From Terriglobia bacterium (GTDB lineage: Bacteria; Acidobacteriota; Terriglobia; Acidiferrales; UBA7541), in the NCBI GenBank assembly GCA_963695545.1, contig OY968796.1, positions 4,095,513 to 4,159,512 of the forward strand: DNA of 64,000 bases. Direction: 5' to 3'. Both the position numbers and the translations under genes were made by a program. The notes under the pieces are model-generated. The model ran no database searches. It saw only the letters and a program-made list of their open reading frames with translations, and had not been told where the DNA came from. Below are positions 1 to 10,271 of this stretch, in pieces. The first letter of the stretch is position 1; each line of letters starts with the position of its first letter.

Positions 1-26
1 ATATCGAAGCCCAAACGGATCAGCAA
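1..26 (-). CDS. Possible N-terminus of a transglutaminase-like protein, running off the left edge
   Basis: Minus strand reads TTG-CTG-ATC-CGT-TTG-GGC-TTC-GAT (MLIRLGFD) after a GAGGA RBS. This resembles the MLIRLGYDI start of bacterial transglutaminase-like proteins, but only 8 codons are visible. Confidence 0.3.
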
Positions 27-242
27 AGCGCGTCCTCACAATCCATTATGCGCGTATTTATCCTGAACTATTGATTTTGAGGCAGGAATGCCTCGCGCCG
101 CACTCAGAAAAGCTATCGAAGAGATTGACAATTTCGATGATAGGGACGACCAGCGTGGGTCAGGACTGCAGCGTGCCTGCGAGAGCGAGAGAATTTGGCT
201 CTCCAGGCCACATTCCAAAAAATTTTGCCCTTTGTCCGCGGT

Positions 243-1214
243 TCAACCGGCGATCATCAGCGTTTCCGCAAACGGCCATTCCTTGTCCACCCACTGCGTC
301 TCGGCGCGAAAACCGGAACTCTCGCCCAATTGAACGATTTCTTCGACCGTGTATTTGTGAGAACTCTCTGTCCAGATCGTCTCGCCGCTGCTGAAGGCCA
401 CGGTGCAGCCCGCGCCTGGAATGGAAACTTCCTGCCCGCGCCGCGAAACCAGATGCATCTCAACGCGCCGTTCGATCTCGTCGAAGCGCGCCTCATGCCC
501 GAATGCCCGCAAGTCAAAATCCGCTCCCAATTCGCGGTTGATTCGCGCCAGCAAATTCAAATTGAACGAAGCCGTAACGCCCAGCGAATCGTCATAGGCG
601 CTCAGAAGTTGCTCGACCGGTTTCACCAGATCGGCACCCAATAACAGCGCATCCCCCGGCTGCAACCTTCGCCGCACCTCGTCCAGGAATTGCCGCGCCA
701 CGTCGCGATCGAAATTCCCGATGGTGCTGCCGAGAAACAGAATCAAGAGGCGTTCGTCTCCGCGGCGATCCGCCGCCACCGAGGCCAGTCCATCCAAATA
801 CGCCCGCTCCGCTCCAACAACGCTAACGCCGTCGAGTTGACCCAACTCTTTCACGCATTGCGAGAGGGCCGCCGGCGAAATCTCGATTGGGTGGTACGCG
901 GTGGGCTGCTTCCGCGCCAGCGCTTTCAGAATCCAGCGCGTCTTTTTACCGCTGCCGCTGCCAAGCTCGGCGACTACCACGGGATTCGGCAGGAGCGGCC
1001 GCACCATGGCCTCGGCGTGCGTGCGCAGCAATCGCTCGTCCGCGCGCGACAATCCATATTCCGGCAGCAGTGTGATCACCTCGAACAACGACGATCCCAC
1101 CTCGTCGTAGAAATATTTCGACGGCAACTCTTTCTGCCCCGTTTTCGTGAAGCCGGCGCGCACTTCGCCCGCGAATTCCGCAATCGAGTATTGCGCAATC
1201 GTTTCCGTAAACAT
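243..1214 (-). CDS. egtD: L-histidine N-alpha-methyltransferase (ergothioneine biosynthesis)
   Basis: KELPSKYFYDEVGSSLFEVITLLPEY, ELGSGSGKKT, LFLGSTIGNF and ETIWTESSHKY motifs; directly downstream of egtB; start moved to the ATG at 1214. Confidence 0.92.
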   Translation of the reverse strand: MFTETIAQYSIAEFAGEVRAGFTKTGQKELPSKYFYDEVGSSLFEVITLLPEYGLSRADERLLRTHAEAMVRPLLPNPVVVAELGSGSGKKTRWILKALARKQPTAYHPIEISPAALSQCVKELGQLDGVSVVGAERAYLDGLASVAADRRGDERLLILFLGSTIGNFDRDVARQFLDEVRRRLQPGDALLLGADLVKPVEQLLSAYDDSLGVTASFNLNLLARINRELGADFDLRAFGHEARFDEIERRVEMHLVSRRGQEVSIPGAGCTVAFSSGETIWTESSHKYTVEEIVQLGESSGFRAETQWVDKEWPFAETLMIAG

Positions 1215-1219
1215 GGCCG

Positions 1220-2599
1220 TCACCTTGAGTTGGGATTCGCGCGCGATTCGTGTGCGACGCACCGAAAACCGGCATAAACGAACGGATAGTGCGGTTGGAA
1301 CCAATTGCGAAAAGATCGCCGTAGCAAACACGCCGCTGTCCGAGCCGACGCGCCCTTCATCACGTAATGCTGCCCATCGAAGAAATTCGCGGAATATCCG
1401 GGATAGAACGTGAACGGCTCAAATCCGGGGAACGGCGCGAAAATCGTGCGCGTCCACTCCCATCCGTTGCCGAGCATGTCTTCCACGCCGAATGCGCTCG
1501 CGCCCGCCGGAAACGACCCAACCGGTGTCGGGTCCCATCGCGCAAAATCGAAGTTGCCGCGATCGGCCGCAGGCGTTTCGTCGCCCCACGGAAACGCGCG
1601 CTCGGTTCCGTTTGGAGTCCCATACGCCGCGCGATGCCACTCCGCCTCGCTCGGCAATTCTTTCCCTGCCCAGCGCGCGTACGCCCGCGCTTCCGCGTGG
1701 CTCGCGTACACCGGCCAATCGAGCGGCAGCGGAATCTCATCGAACATCGTGCGCAGAAAAATTCGTCCGTCGCGAAGTTCCCAAAACGCGGGCCGCGATG
1801 TGCCGGTCGATTGCATCCACTCCCAATCCGCATCTTCCCAAAACGATCGCTCCTGGTAACCACCGCTCGAAACGAATTTCAGGAACTCCCCGTTCGTCAC
1901 CTTCCGCGCGTCGATCCGAAATTCCGGCACGTCCACACGATGCTCCTCAAATTCGTTATCCCAGCCGAACGCTTCTCGATCGTCTCGCCGCAATCCCAAC
2001 GTCGCGGCGCCCGCGGGAATTCGCACCATGCGCGGCGTTAGTTGCGCCGCCGCCGGCGTGGGCGCATCGACGCGCGAGAATTTCCGCTCGGGCGCCAATC
2101 GGTGCAGCATATAAGCCAGCGTTTCGGCGTGCATCAACCGATGCTCGATAGCCACGTTGACCAATCGCGCCGTCTCGCCCGCGCGCGCCGCGCCGGGATC
2201 GAGTGCCGTAGCCAATCGCTCATCGAGAGCACTTCGCAGCCGCTGGTTGTACGCGTCGACCTGCTCGCGCTCCGGCCAGTCCTCCGGAGCGTCCGTCGGC
2301 AGCCCTCCGCCCACCGGATCGATGCCGAACGCGAACAGCTGATCGAACCCAGCGTCGAAAGCCGGCAGCTCGAAGTGCCCGCGCCCCAGCAGGTTCCAGT
2401 CGAATGCCTCCACGTGGCCTACGTAAAATATGATGCGGTGCCGCTCGGCAATCGGGCGGTCGTAAAGCGCCTCGGGCCGCACGATCCCGAATAGCTCGTC
2501 GGTCCGAGCACGCGCCTCCGCCAGCCTCTGCAATAGGAGCGCCTCGCGAGGAGGCCGTTGCTGAGACGGGTTGCGTGCTGTGGCTACCGAGCTTCCCAT
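1220..2599 (-). CDS. egtB: Ergothioneine biosynthesis sulfoxide synthase (DinB + FGE-sulfatase domains)
   Basis: HRLMHAE metal-binding motif, FGWDNE, LPSEAEW, GNGWEWT and RNWF...YAGFRC motifs; adjacent to egtD. Confidence 0.85.
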   Translation of the reverse strand: MGSSVATARNPSQQRPPREALLLQRLAEARARTDELFGIVRPEALYDRPIAERHRIIFYVGHVEAFDWNLLGRGHFELPAFDAGFDQLFAFGIDPVGGGLPTDAPEDWPEREQVDAYNQRLRSALDERLATALDPGAARAGETARLVNVAIEHRLMHAETLAYMLHRLAPERKFSRVDAPTPAAAQLTPRMVRIPAGAATLGLRRDDREAFGWDNEFEEHRVDVPEFRIDARKVTNGEFLKFVSSGGYQERSFWEDADWEWMQSTGTSRPAFWELRDGRIFLRTMFDEIPLPLDWPVYASHAEARAYARWAGKELPSEAEWHRAAYGTPNGTERAFPWGDETPAADRGNFDFARWDPTPVGSFPAGASAFGVEDMLGNGWEWTRTIFAPFPGFEPFTFYPGYSANFFDGQHYVMKGASARTAACLLRRSFRNWFQPHYPFVYAGFRCVAHESRANPNSR

Positions 2600-2862
2600 G
2601 TCACTCTCCCGTCGATTGGATGCCGCCGATCAGGTTTCGGCTCAGGGTGGGGTGCTACCGATATTTGATATCGGGCCTTTCTATTTAGTCGCTTTCCTTC
2701 GCGGAGTCAACCTGGCGCCCCTCGATCGGCGTCCCGCGCCCGCGAGCCCTAAGCGCCCCCGAAAGCCGTCCGCCCAGCCCGCAGCGAGCTGCCCAGTTGT
2801 ATCCAAACCCCGACAGCCATACTCTAATAGTGTCCAGCTGTAGCACCCGTTTGGGAGGCCCC

Positions 2863-4587
2863 ATGTCAGCTATGCCAGTTCCCGTGCCCAGCGCGCTTGA
2901 CGCCCGCACGCAAGCCTTCCCCATCCTCACGCCCGCGCAGATCGCGCGCATCCGCCCCAGCGGCAAGGTCCGGCCCGTCGCGAAGGGCGAGATTCTGTTC
3001 GAGCCCGGCGACCAGAACCTCCCGTTTTTTGTCTTGCTCTCCGGCGCCATGGAAATTGTGCAGCCGGATTTCGCTGGTGAACGCCCCGTCGCCACGCACG
3101 TCCCCGGCGAATTCACCGGTGAGATGAGCATGATCTCCGGTCACCGTTGCCTGGTGCGCGGCCGCGTCACCGAGCCCGGCGAATTTCTCGAAGTTGACGG
3201 CGATGGCCTGCGCGCCATCATCGCCAAGGACGCCGATCTCAGCGAAATTTTCATGCGCGCGTTCATCCTCCGTCGTTTGCTGCTCATCAGCTCCGGCCTG
3301 GGCAACGTCATCCTCATGGGTTCGCGCCATTCGGCCAGCACGCTGTACCTCCGTGAGTTTCTTACGCGCAACGGATATCCGTTCAACTACGTTGATCTCG
3401 ACACAGACAAGACTTCGCAGGAACTCCTCGACCGCTTTCACGTCACGATCGACGAAATTCCCGTGGTCGTTTGCACCCACACGCAGACCGTCATGCGCAA
3501 TCCCACCATCGAAAAATTGGCCGATGGTCTTGGATTCAACCCCGAGGTCGACGAAACGCAAGTCCGCGATCTAATCATCGTCGGCGCGGGACCCGCGGGT
3601 CTGGCCGCCGCCGTGTACGCCGCCTCCGAAGGTCTCGATGTGCTGGTGATCGAATCCGCCTCGCCGGGAGGCCAAGCCGCTTCAAGCTCCAAGATTGAAA
3701 ATTATTTGGGCTTCCCGATGGGCCTCTCCGGCCAGGAATTAGCCGCCCGCGCCATCGCGCAAACCGAAAAGTTCGGCGCCAAGATGATGGTCGCCAACGG
3801 CGTCGCGAAACTCGATTGCTCGCGCCATCCTTACAAAGTTGTGCTCGACAACGGCACGCGTCTCGGCGCGCGCGCCGTGGTCATCGCCACCGGCGCGCAA
3901 TATAACAAGCCCCACATCCCCAATCTCTTGCAGTTCGAGGGCCAGGGCGTCTACTACGGCGCCACGCACATGGAATCGCAGCTTTGCGAAGACGAAGACC
4001 TCATCGTCGTGGGCGGTGCGAACTCCGCCGGCCAAGCCGCCGTGTTCCTCGCGCAAAACGCCGGCAAAGTGCACATGCTCGTGCGCTCCGGCGCTCTTTC
4101 CGACACCATGTCGCGCTACTTGATTCAGCGCATCGAGCAGAATCCAAACATCGAGGTGCATTACCACACGGAAATTGTCGCTCTCGAAGGCGATAAGCAT
4201 CTCGAGCGCGTCACCTGGAAGGACAAAATCACCGGCGAGACTTCTGTGCACGACATTCGACACGTCTTCATCATGGCCGGCGCATCGCCGCGCACCGAAT
4301 GGCTCCGAGGCTGCGTCGCGCTTGACGACAAAGGTTTCATCCTCACCGGCCGCGAGACGAATTTGGCGGACGGAAACCCGGCGCCCTCCGCGCCGGGCGC
4401 GACCCCTGACGAGAACGCCCAGCCCAAGTGGCCGCTCCCGCGTTTCCCGCTCATGCTCGAAACCAGCCTGCCCGGCGTCTTCGCCGTCGGCGACGTCCGC
4501 GCCGGCAACGTCAAGCGCGTCGCCTCGGCCGTCGGCGAGGGCGCCATCGCCGTGCACCTGGTTCACCGCGTCTTGGCTGAAGTGTAA
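2863..4587 (+). CDS. Cyclic-nucleotide-binding-domain FAD-dependent oxidoreductase (thioredoxin reductase-like)
   Basis: N-terminal cNMP-binding domain (GEFTGE); GAGPAG, SKIENYLGFP, VGGANSAGQAA and GVFAVGDVR motifs. Confidence 0.88.
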   Translation: MSAMPVPVPSALDARTQAFPILTPAQIARIRPSGKVRPVAKGEILFEPGDQNLPFFVLLSGAMEIVQPDFAGERPVATHVPGEFTGEMSMISGHRCLVRGRVTEPGEFLEVDGDGLRAIIAKDADLSEIFMRAFILRRLLLISSGLGNVILMGSRHSASTLYLREFLTRNGYPFNYVDLDTDKTSQELLDRFHVTIDEIPVVVCTHTQTVMRNPTIEKLADGLGFNPEVDETQVRDLIIVGAGPAGLAAAVYAASEGLDVLVIESASPGGQAASSSKIENYLGFPMGLSGQELAARAIAQTEKFGAKMMVANGVAKLDCSRHPYKVVLDNGTRLGARAVVIATGAQYNKPHIPNLLQFEGQGVYYGATHMESQLCEDEDLIVVGGANSAGQAAVFLAQNAGKVHMLVRSGALSDTMSRYLIQRIEQNPNIEVHYHTEIVALEGDKHLERVTWKDKITGETSVHDIRHVFIMAGASPRTEWLRGCVALDDKGFILTGRETNLADGNPAPSAPGATPDENAQPKWPLPRFPLMLETSLPGVFAVGDVRAGNVKRVASAVGEGAIAVHLVHRVLAEV

Positions 4588-4619
4588 TCCGCGCGCACAA
4601 AAATTCAGGAGGCCACAAA

Positions 4620-4889
4620 ATGCCGGCATGTACGCACTTGAACGAAATCAAGAAGGGCCTTAAACCCAAAACCCACGTCTGCGAAGCGTGCGTCAAAATG
4701 GGCGACACCTGGGTTCATCTGCGCATGTGCGAAATCTGCGGCAACGTCGCTTGCTGCGATTCCTCCAAAAATAAACACGCCACCAAACATTTCCACGCCT
4801 CCAAGCACCCTATCATGCGATCCATCGAGCCCGGCGAAGATTGGGGCTGGTGCTTCATCGACGAAGTCGAACTCGACGTCGCATGGTAG
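4620..4889 (+). CDS. UBP-type zinc finger protein
   Basis: CEAC...WVHLRMCEICGNVACCDSS..KHATKH...EPGEDWGWC pattern; commonly found beside this oxidoreductase family. Confidence 0.88.
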   Translation: MPACTHLNEIKKGLKPKTHVCEACVKMGDTWVHLRMCEICGNVACCDSSKNKHATKHFHASKHPIMRSIEPGEDWGWCFIDEVELDVAW

Positions 4890-4996
4890 GTTTGAATAGC
4901 TTACGGTCGGTCAACGCTGAGCCGCGCCATCATCGCTGATCCGCGCGGCGGTTTTTGCGTGCGGAGTCTTTGCCTTACTTCCCGCGATTCGTCACC

Positions 4997-6052
4997 TCAC
5001 CCGCTCAATTCGAGATCGTCAAATCCTCTCCACCTATAAACTGCAATCGACACAATCCAGCTCAACGCGAATAGCCCCACGATAAAATACCCCAGCGTGC
5101 CAAAGTTATCGTTCAGCCGGCCGACCTCGTACCAGAATCTCCCTCGGAAATGAAAGTGCCCTGCGATCAATCCGAGAGCCTCGACCCCGCCGACCACCAA
5201 GGCCACGATCACGGAAATGCACGTGATGGTCATGTTGTAGTAAAGCTTCCGTATCGGCTTCACGAACGCCCACCCGTATGCGCCCAACATCAGTATGTTG
5301 TCCGTCGAATCGATCAGCGACATTCCCGCCGCAAACAGTATCGGAAACACTAGAATCGATCGCAGTGACAGTCCCTTCGCCGCTTCCGCCGCGGAAATTC
5401 CCAGCACGCCGATCTCCGTAGCCGTATCGAATCCCAGGCCGAATAAAACTCCGAGCGGATACATATGCCAGCTGCTGTTGATCATCCCAAATAGCGGCCT
5501 GAAGATTCGCGCCAGCAGTCCTCGATTCCCCAAAAGCAAATCGAAATCTTCCTCCACGTAAGGCTCGCCTCGCCGCACCCTGATGAACGCCCCAACGATC
5601 GCGCGCAGAATCACCAGATTCACAATCGCGATCGCAAACAGGAAAAGCGCCGAGACCACCGTCCCGACGATCCCTCCGATATTCCGCACCGCATCCATGC
5701 GGTGTTGCAACCAAAGAGCCGCCCCCGCAATCGCCGCCGCGCCGAGCACCACGATGGTCGAGTGCCCCAGCGAGAACATGAATCCCACCGCCACCGGCCG
5801 CTTGCCGTCTTGCATCAGCTTGCGCGTCACGTTATCGATCGCGGCGATATGATCCGCGTCGACCGCGTGCCGCAGCCCAAAGCTGTACGCCAGAAGGGCC
5901 GTTCCCAGCAGCACAGGGTAGTGGTGCAGCGCGACTCCCGCCCAAACCCACGCCCCCACATTGAACGCCAACAAGATCCCGTATATGCCTATCACCTTGC
6001 CGCGCAAATTGTCGGGCGCGTCGTTGAAAAGAGTTTTTAGTTTAAATCGCAT
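4997..6052 (-). CDS. HoxN/HupN/NixA family nickel/cobalt transporter
   Basis: GLRHAVDADHIAAIDN, FSLGHSTIV and LFGLGFDTATE signatures. Confidence 0.93.
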   Translation of the reverse strand: MRFKLKTLFNDAPDNLRGKVIGIYGILLAFNVGAWVWAGVALHHYPVLLGTALLAYSFGLRHAVDADHIAAIDNVTRKLMQDGKRPVAVGFMFSLGHSTIVVLGAAAIAGAALWLQHRMDAVRNIGGIVGTVVSALFLFAIAIVNLVILRAIVGAFIRVRRGEPYVEEDFDLLLGNRGLLARIFRPLFGMINSSWHMYPLGVLFGLGFDTATEIGVLGISAAEAAKGLSLRSILVFPILFAAGMSLIDSTDNILMLGAYGWAFVKPIRKLYYNMTITCISVIVALVVGGVEALGLIAGHFHFRGRFWYEVGRLNDNFGTLGYFIVGLFALSWIVSIAVYRWRGFDDLELSG

Positions 6053-6256
6053 CGCGCGCTCACTCCGCCCAGCTCCGGGTGTTGCAACAATTTATCGCAT
6101 GGCGCAGGTCGTGGATAGTCGTAACAATTCGTGCCTGCCCACGGCGGCCTGCGTTGACTTGCCCCGGCCCGCCACCTAGAATCGCCCTTCCGCGCCGAGC
6201 GCCTGGCTTTGCCGATTTCCTCGGAGCGCGGTGTTTAATCGACCGGACAAATCCCC

Positions 6257-7021
6257 ATGCCGCATCCCGAACTCAAAAACAAAATCGCCGTAATCACCGG
6301 AGCCTCTTCCGGAATCGGCGCCGCTGCCGCAATTCGTCTCGCTGCGTCCGGCGCCAAAGTCGCCGTAAACTATTTCCAAAATGAAAAGGGCGCGCAGGAT
6401 ACCGTCGCCACAATCGCCTCCGCTGGCGGCGCCGCCATCGCCCTTCGCGCCGACGTCCGCAAATCCTCCGAGTGCCATTCCCTTCTCGACGCCGCCGTCC
6501 GCCACTTCGGCCCGCTCGACATTCTGATCAACAACGCCGGCTCGCTCGTTGAGCGCCTTCGCCTCGTCGACCTCACCGAAGAACGCTGGGACGAAGTCCT
6601 CGATCTAAATTTAAAAAGCGCCTACATCTGCTCGCGCATCGCCGCGCCCGGCATGGTCGAGCGTAAATCCGGCATCATCGTCAACGTCAGCTCGATCGCC
6701 GGCCACAATGGCGGTGGTCCCGGCGCGATTCACTACGCCACGGCGAAAGCCGGCCTCTTCGGTTTCTCGAAAGCCATCGCCAAAGAACTCGCGCCCCATG
6801 GCATCCGCGTAAACTGCGTCTCGCCCGGCGTGATCGCCACGCCCTTCCACGAACAGTTTTCGACGCCCGACGCGATGCGCAATTTCGTCGCCGCAATTCC
6901 CATGGGCCGCGCCGGCACGTCCGATGAAGTCGCGAAAGTGATCGTATTTCTATGCTCCGACGAAGCGAGTTATCTGTGCGGCGAAACAATCGAAGTCAAT
7001 GGCGGCATGTTGATGCGCTAG
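6257..7021 (+). CDS. SDR family oxidoreductase
   Basis: TGASSGIG, NNAG and YATAK motifs. Confidence 0.92.
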   Translation: MPHPELKNKIAVITGASSGIGAAAAIRLAASGAKVAVNYFQNEKGAQDTVATIASAGGAAIALRADVRKSSECHSLLDAAVRHFGPLDILINNAGSLVERLRLVDLTEERWDEVLDLNLKSAYICSRIAAPGMVERKSGIIVNVSSIAGHNGGGPGAIHYATAKAGLFGFSKAIAKELAPHGIRVNCVSPGVIATPFHEQFSTPDAMRNFVAAIPMGRAGTSDEVAKVIVFLCSDEASYLCGETIEVNGGMLMR

Positions 7022-8982
7022 CGCGCGCCGCCGGCCTGCTGCTCATCTTCGCAGCGTGGCCTATCGCGCGCCCCGCGCTCGCGCAAGACGCCCGGGAATC
7101 CACGGGCGCGAGCGGCGAACAGCCCGGTGTCTCCGCGCCGTCGCCGCTTCTCGCCATCGAAGCCAAACATCCCGCCGCGCTCAAGCCCGAACTCGCCGGC
7201 GTTCATCCGCGCGTCTTCGTCACTTCCGCCGAACTCGACGAGCTCCGCGTCCGCGCGCGCACCACGCACAAAGCGCTCTGGAATCGCGCTCTCGCCAACA
7301 TGCTCTCGATGCAAATCGAGCCGCCTCCTCCGCCCGCCGGCGCGCGCCGCGCCCAGAATGACGTCGCCATGGCCATGGCCGAAGCCGCATTCGTCTACAA
7401 AATCGAAGGCGATCCGAAATATCTCGCCATCGCAAAAAAATTCATGGACGCCGCCGTCACCTACGACACCTGGGGCTATGCGTCCGACAAGCCCAACGTC
7501 GATCTCGCCGCCGGCCATCTCCTCTACGGCCTCGGCTCGTCCTACGATCTGCTTTACAACGATCTCACCGACGCTGAGCGCGCCCGCTATCGCGATAAAC
7601 TCTCGAAGCAAGCGCGCCTCGTCTACGATTATCTTTCTCCCAAGCCCGGCAAAAGTTATTCCTACAGCCAAAATCACTTGTTCATTCCCGCCGCCGGGCT
7701 CGGCATCGCCGCTTACGCCCTTTATGGCGAAGTTCCCGAGGCCGCCGACTGGGCGCGCCTGGCCCGCGCAATTTTCGATCGCGTTCTCGCCACCTACTCC
7801 GCCGACGGTTATTACTACGAAGGTTTCGAGTACTGGGTTTTCGCCACGCCCTTCATCGTTCATTATCTCGACGCGCTCGCGCATTCCACCGGCGAAGATC
7901 TCTACGATCAGCCTGGCCTGCGCAACGCCTATAAATACGTCGCGCAAGAAATGTTGCCCGACGGCAAAAATATTTTCGATTTCGGCGACGCCTTCGAAGG
8001 CTCCCGCACCCGCGCCGGCACCACCGACGATTACGCGCGCACGCATCCCGGCGGACATCTCCATTCCAATTACATTCTTCTCTACCGTTTCGCGCAGCGC
8101 TTTCGCAGCGGCGCCGCGCAAGGCGTAGCCAATTGGCTCGCGAAACTCGGCCAAACTAATTTCGAAGATTACTGGGCGCTCGTTTGGTATGACCCAACCG
8201 TCGCGCCGATCCCCATCACCGCGCAGCCGCGCTTCACGTATTTTCGCGATCACGAAGTCGTCTATTGGCGCAGCAGTTGGAGCGCTAACGCCACAGCTTT
8301 CGCCTTCAAGTGCGGCCCGCCCGAAGGCCATCGCACCGCCGCGCTCATCAAGATCATGCCCGATTGGCACCTCGAGGACGGACACGCGCATCCTGACGCC
8401 GCTAGTTTCATCCTCTACGCCAATGGCCGCTACCTCACAGGCGATTCCGGCTATGCTGGCGTCCCGATGACCGCGCAGCACAACACCCTGCTCATCGATG
8501 GGCACGGCCAAGCCAACGAAGGCGTCGGCCACAACGCATTCGACGGTTTTCCCTACGCGCGCCTTAACGCCATCCGCATCCTGCGCGTCGAGCCGCTCCC
8601 CGACGGCGTCCAAATCTCCGCCGACGCCACCGCCGCTTACGCTCCGAAACTTGGCCTCGAAAAATTTGTCCGCACCGTCACTCTGCGCGGAGCGAAGCTC
8701 ACCGTCTCCGATTCAATTGCATCCGCATCGCCTCACGTATTCTCAGTCCTGCTGCATTCCGATTCCGACAGCACCGACGAAGCTTTCACCTCTTCGCGTC
8801 TAAAAATTGATGTGCTTTCTCCCCGCAACGCCCTCATCCGCACCGAACCCAACTGGATCACCGCCGCCGGCCCTCCCGGCGCCGTAGACCAAGGCCCCAA
8901 AGAACAGCGCGGCACCCGCGAAGCAATCTCCACCCCCGCCCCCGTTCGCGCCGCGAATTTCAACGTCCTCTTACATTGGTGA
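6952..8982 (+). CDS. Secreted heparinase II/III-like (DUF4962) polysaccharide lyase; start uncertain
   Basis: Signal-peptide-like segment ending ALA-Q; HPRVF, QNH, YYEGFEYW, GHAHPD and HNTLLIDG motifs. Confidence 0.75.
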   Translation: MLRRSELSVRRNNRSQWRHVDALARAAGLLLIFAAWPIARPALAQDARESTGASGEQPGVSAPSPLLAIEAKHPAALKPELAGVHPRVFVTSAELDELRVRARTTHKALWNRALANMLSMQIEPPPPPAGARRAQNDVAMAMAEAAFVYKIEGDPKYLAIAKKFMDAAVTYDTWGYASDKPNVDLAAGHLLYGLGSSYDLLYNDLTDAERARYRDKLSKQARLVYDYLSPKPGKSYSYSQNHLFIPAAGLGIAAYALYGEVPEAADWARLARAIFDRVLATYSADGYYYEGFEYWVFATPFIVHYLDALAHSTGEDLYDQPGLRNAYKYVAQEMLPDGKNIFDFGDAFEGSRTRAGTTDDYARTHPGGHLHSNYILLYRFAQRFRSGAAQGVANWLAKLGQTNFEDYWALVWYDPTVAPIPITAQPRFTYFRDHEVVYWRSSWSANATAFAFKCGPPEGHRTAALIKIMPDWHLEDGHAHPDAASFILYANGRYLTGDSGYAGVPMTAQHNTLLIDGHGQANEGVGHNAFDGFPYARLNAIRILRVEPLPDGVQISADATAAYAPKLGLEKFVRTVTLRGAKLTVSDSIASASPHVFSVLLHSDSDSTDEAFTSSRLKIDVLSPRNALIRTEPNWITAAGPPGAVDQGPKEQRGTREAISTPAPVRAANFNVLLHW

Positions 8983-9070
8983 AGCGCCCGGCGTGCCTAG
9001 ACTCGCCGTCTTCACGCGTGGCCCTTTTTCTTGCCATCGGCCAACGCCTGCTGTAAATACTCGCGTGTCC

Positions 9071-10030
9071 ATGATTCGCGTCCTTAAATGCTCAGCCGTT
9101 CTCATGGCGCTGGCGTTATTTCCGACCGCCCCCGCGCGCTCGCAGCAGCCGGCCCCGCCATTCCAATCTCCATCCCCTCAAGCCGCAGCCGCTCCCGAGT
9201 ATCCAGACACAACCGAAGGGCTCGAGGACCTTCTCTCAGAGATTGGCGAAGCGGAAAAACGCAAAGACGTCTACGGCCTGGCCCAGATGGCGGACTACCT
9301 GCAGATCCCCAACTACGAAAATTGGTTCACCGAAACTTTCGGCGCGGATAAAGGCAAGGCCTGGGCGGATGCCTACGCGATCAGCCGCGAAAAAAATGGG
9401 AATGACCCCCAGCAAAACCTCCCGAGTATCCCCGTGACGGGCGGCGAATTTGTCATCCGCAAGACTAACGGCGCCCCTAGGCCGGGCCCAGGTCTCGAAC
9501 CCGACATGCTCGCTGCCATGAAGGTACCCGTCGATATCTATTTCGTTGCCTGGAAACTCGCGGACCTTCCAGACAACTCGCAACCCGCCCCTCTCGGCTA
9601 CTTCGTGTTCATCGACGGAAAATTCCGGTGGGACTCCGGTGTCACACTGGCGGACATACTCGGCCCGGTAGCAAAGGCGAGCGAAGGCGGTCCGTTTCTC
9701 CCGGGCGTTCTGGGTGTGGGATACCCAAAATGCCTCGCCTGTCCTCGGCCCGCGTTTTCGCCTGAGGCACGCGCCGTAAGTCTCCAAGGCACGGTCCTCC
9801 TCACCGTCGTCGTTCAAGCGAATGGCCAGGCCGGATTCATCAAGGTCGTAAAGAGCGTGGGGATGGGTCTGGACGAATCTGCCGTTCAGGCCATTCGGAA
9901 TTGGCGCTTCCAAGCCGCCCTCGATTCGAACGGCACGCCGGTATCCGTCATTACTCAGATCGAGGTCACGTATCGCCTTACTCCCAGGAAATCGCCCGCC
10001 GTCTCGCCCCCCAATCCTCCAAACAATTAG
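9071..10030 (+). CDS. TonB C-terminal domain protein
   Basis: Signal peptide; C-terminal PAFSPEARAVSLQGTVLL...GMGLDESAVQAIRNWRFQAA. Confidence 0.8.
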   Translation: MIRVLKCSAVLMALALFPTAPARSQQPAPPFQSPSPQAAAAPEYPDTTEGLEDLLSEIGEAEKRKDVYGLAQMADYLQIPNYENWFTETFGADKGKAWADAYAISREKNGNDPQQNLPSIPVTGGEFVIRKTNGAPRPGPGLEPDMLAAMKVPVDIYFVAWKLADLPDNSQPAPLGYFVFIDGKFRWDSGVTLADILGPVAKASEGGPFLPGVLGVGYPKCLACPRPAFSPEARAVSLQGTVLLTVVVQANGQAGFIKVVKSVGMGLDESAVQAIRNWRFQAALDSNGTPVSVITQIEVTYRLTPRKSPAVSPPNPPNN

Positions 10031-10241
10031 CCGGCCGCTCCCTTTCGCTTGTAAGCACTCGATTTTCGACTCCTCGCCCCCTCACTGCCCACAGAACGGA
10101 GAAGCGTCCGAGAGCAATTCCACGAAACCCAGCAGGCGCCACAAGCCGTAACGCGCGACTCGAACCCCTGCCGCACATCGCCCTCGCGCAATCTCGTTTC
10201 GAAATCCTGTGGATATCTATTCAAATAACTTATAAATAATA

Positions 10242-10271
10242 TTGACAATACTGTATAATTCGTGATATGTT
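10242..10271 (+). promoter_or_regulatory. Sigma70-type promoter in an AT-rich intergenic patch
   Basis: TTGACA, 18-nt spacer, then TATGTT preceded by TG (extended -10). Confidence 0.45.

Noticed and set aside
30..60. dif-like sequence (minus strand ACGCGCATAATG resembles the XerC arm)
   Set aside because: No XerD arm (TTATGTTAAAT-like) follows; more likely a -10 element (CATAAT) for the leftward gene.
7018..8613. 531-aa minus-strand ORF and similar long antisense ORFs in the high-GC half
   Set aside because: Antisense shadows of well-supported genes, as expected with high-GC codon bias.
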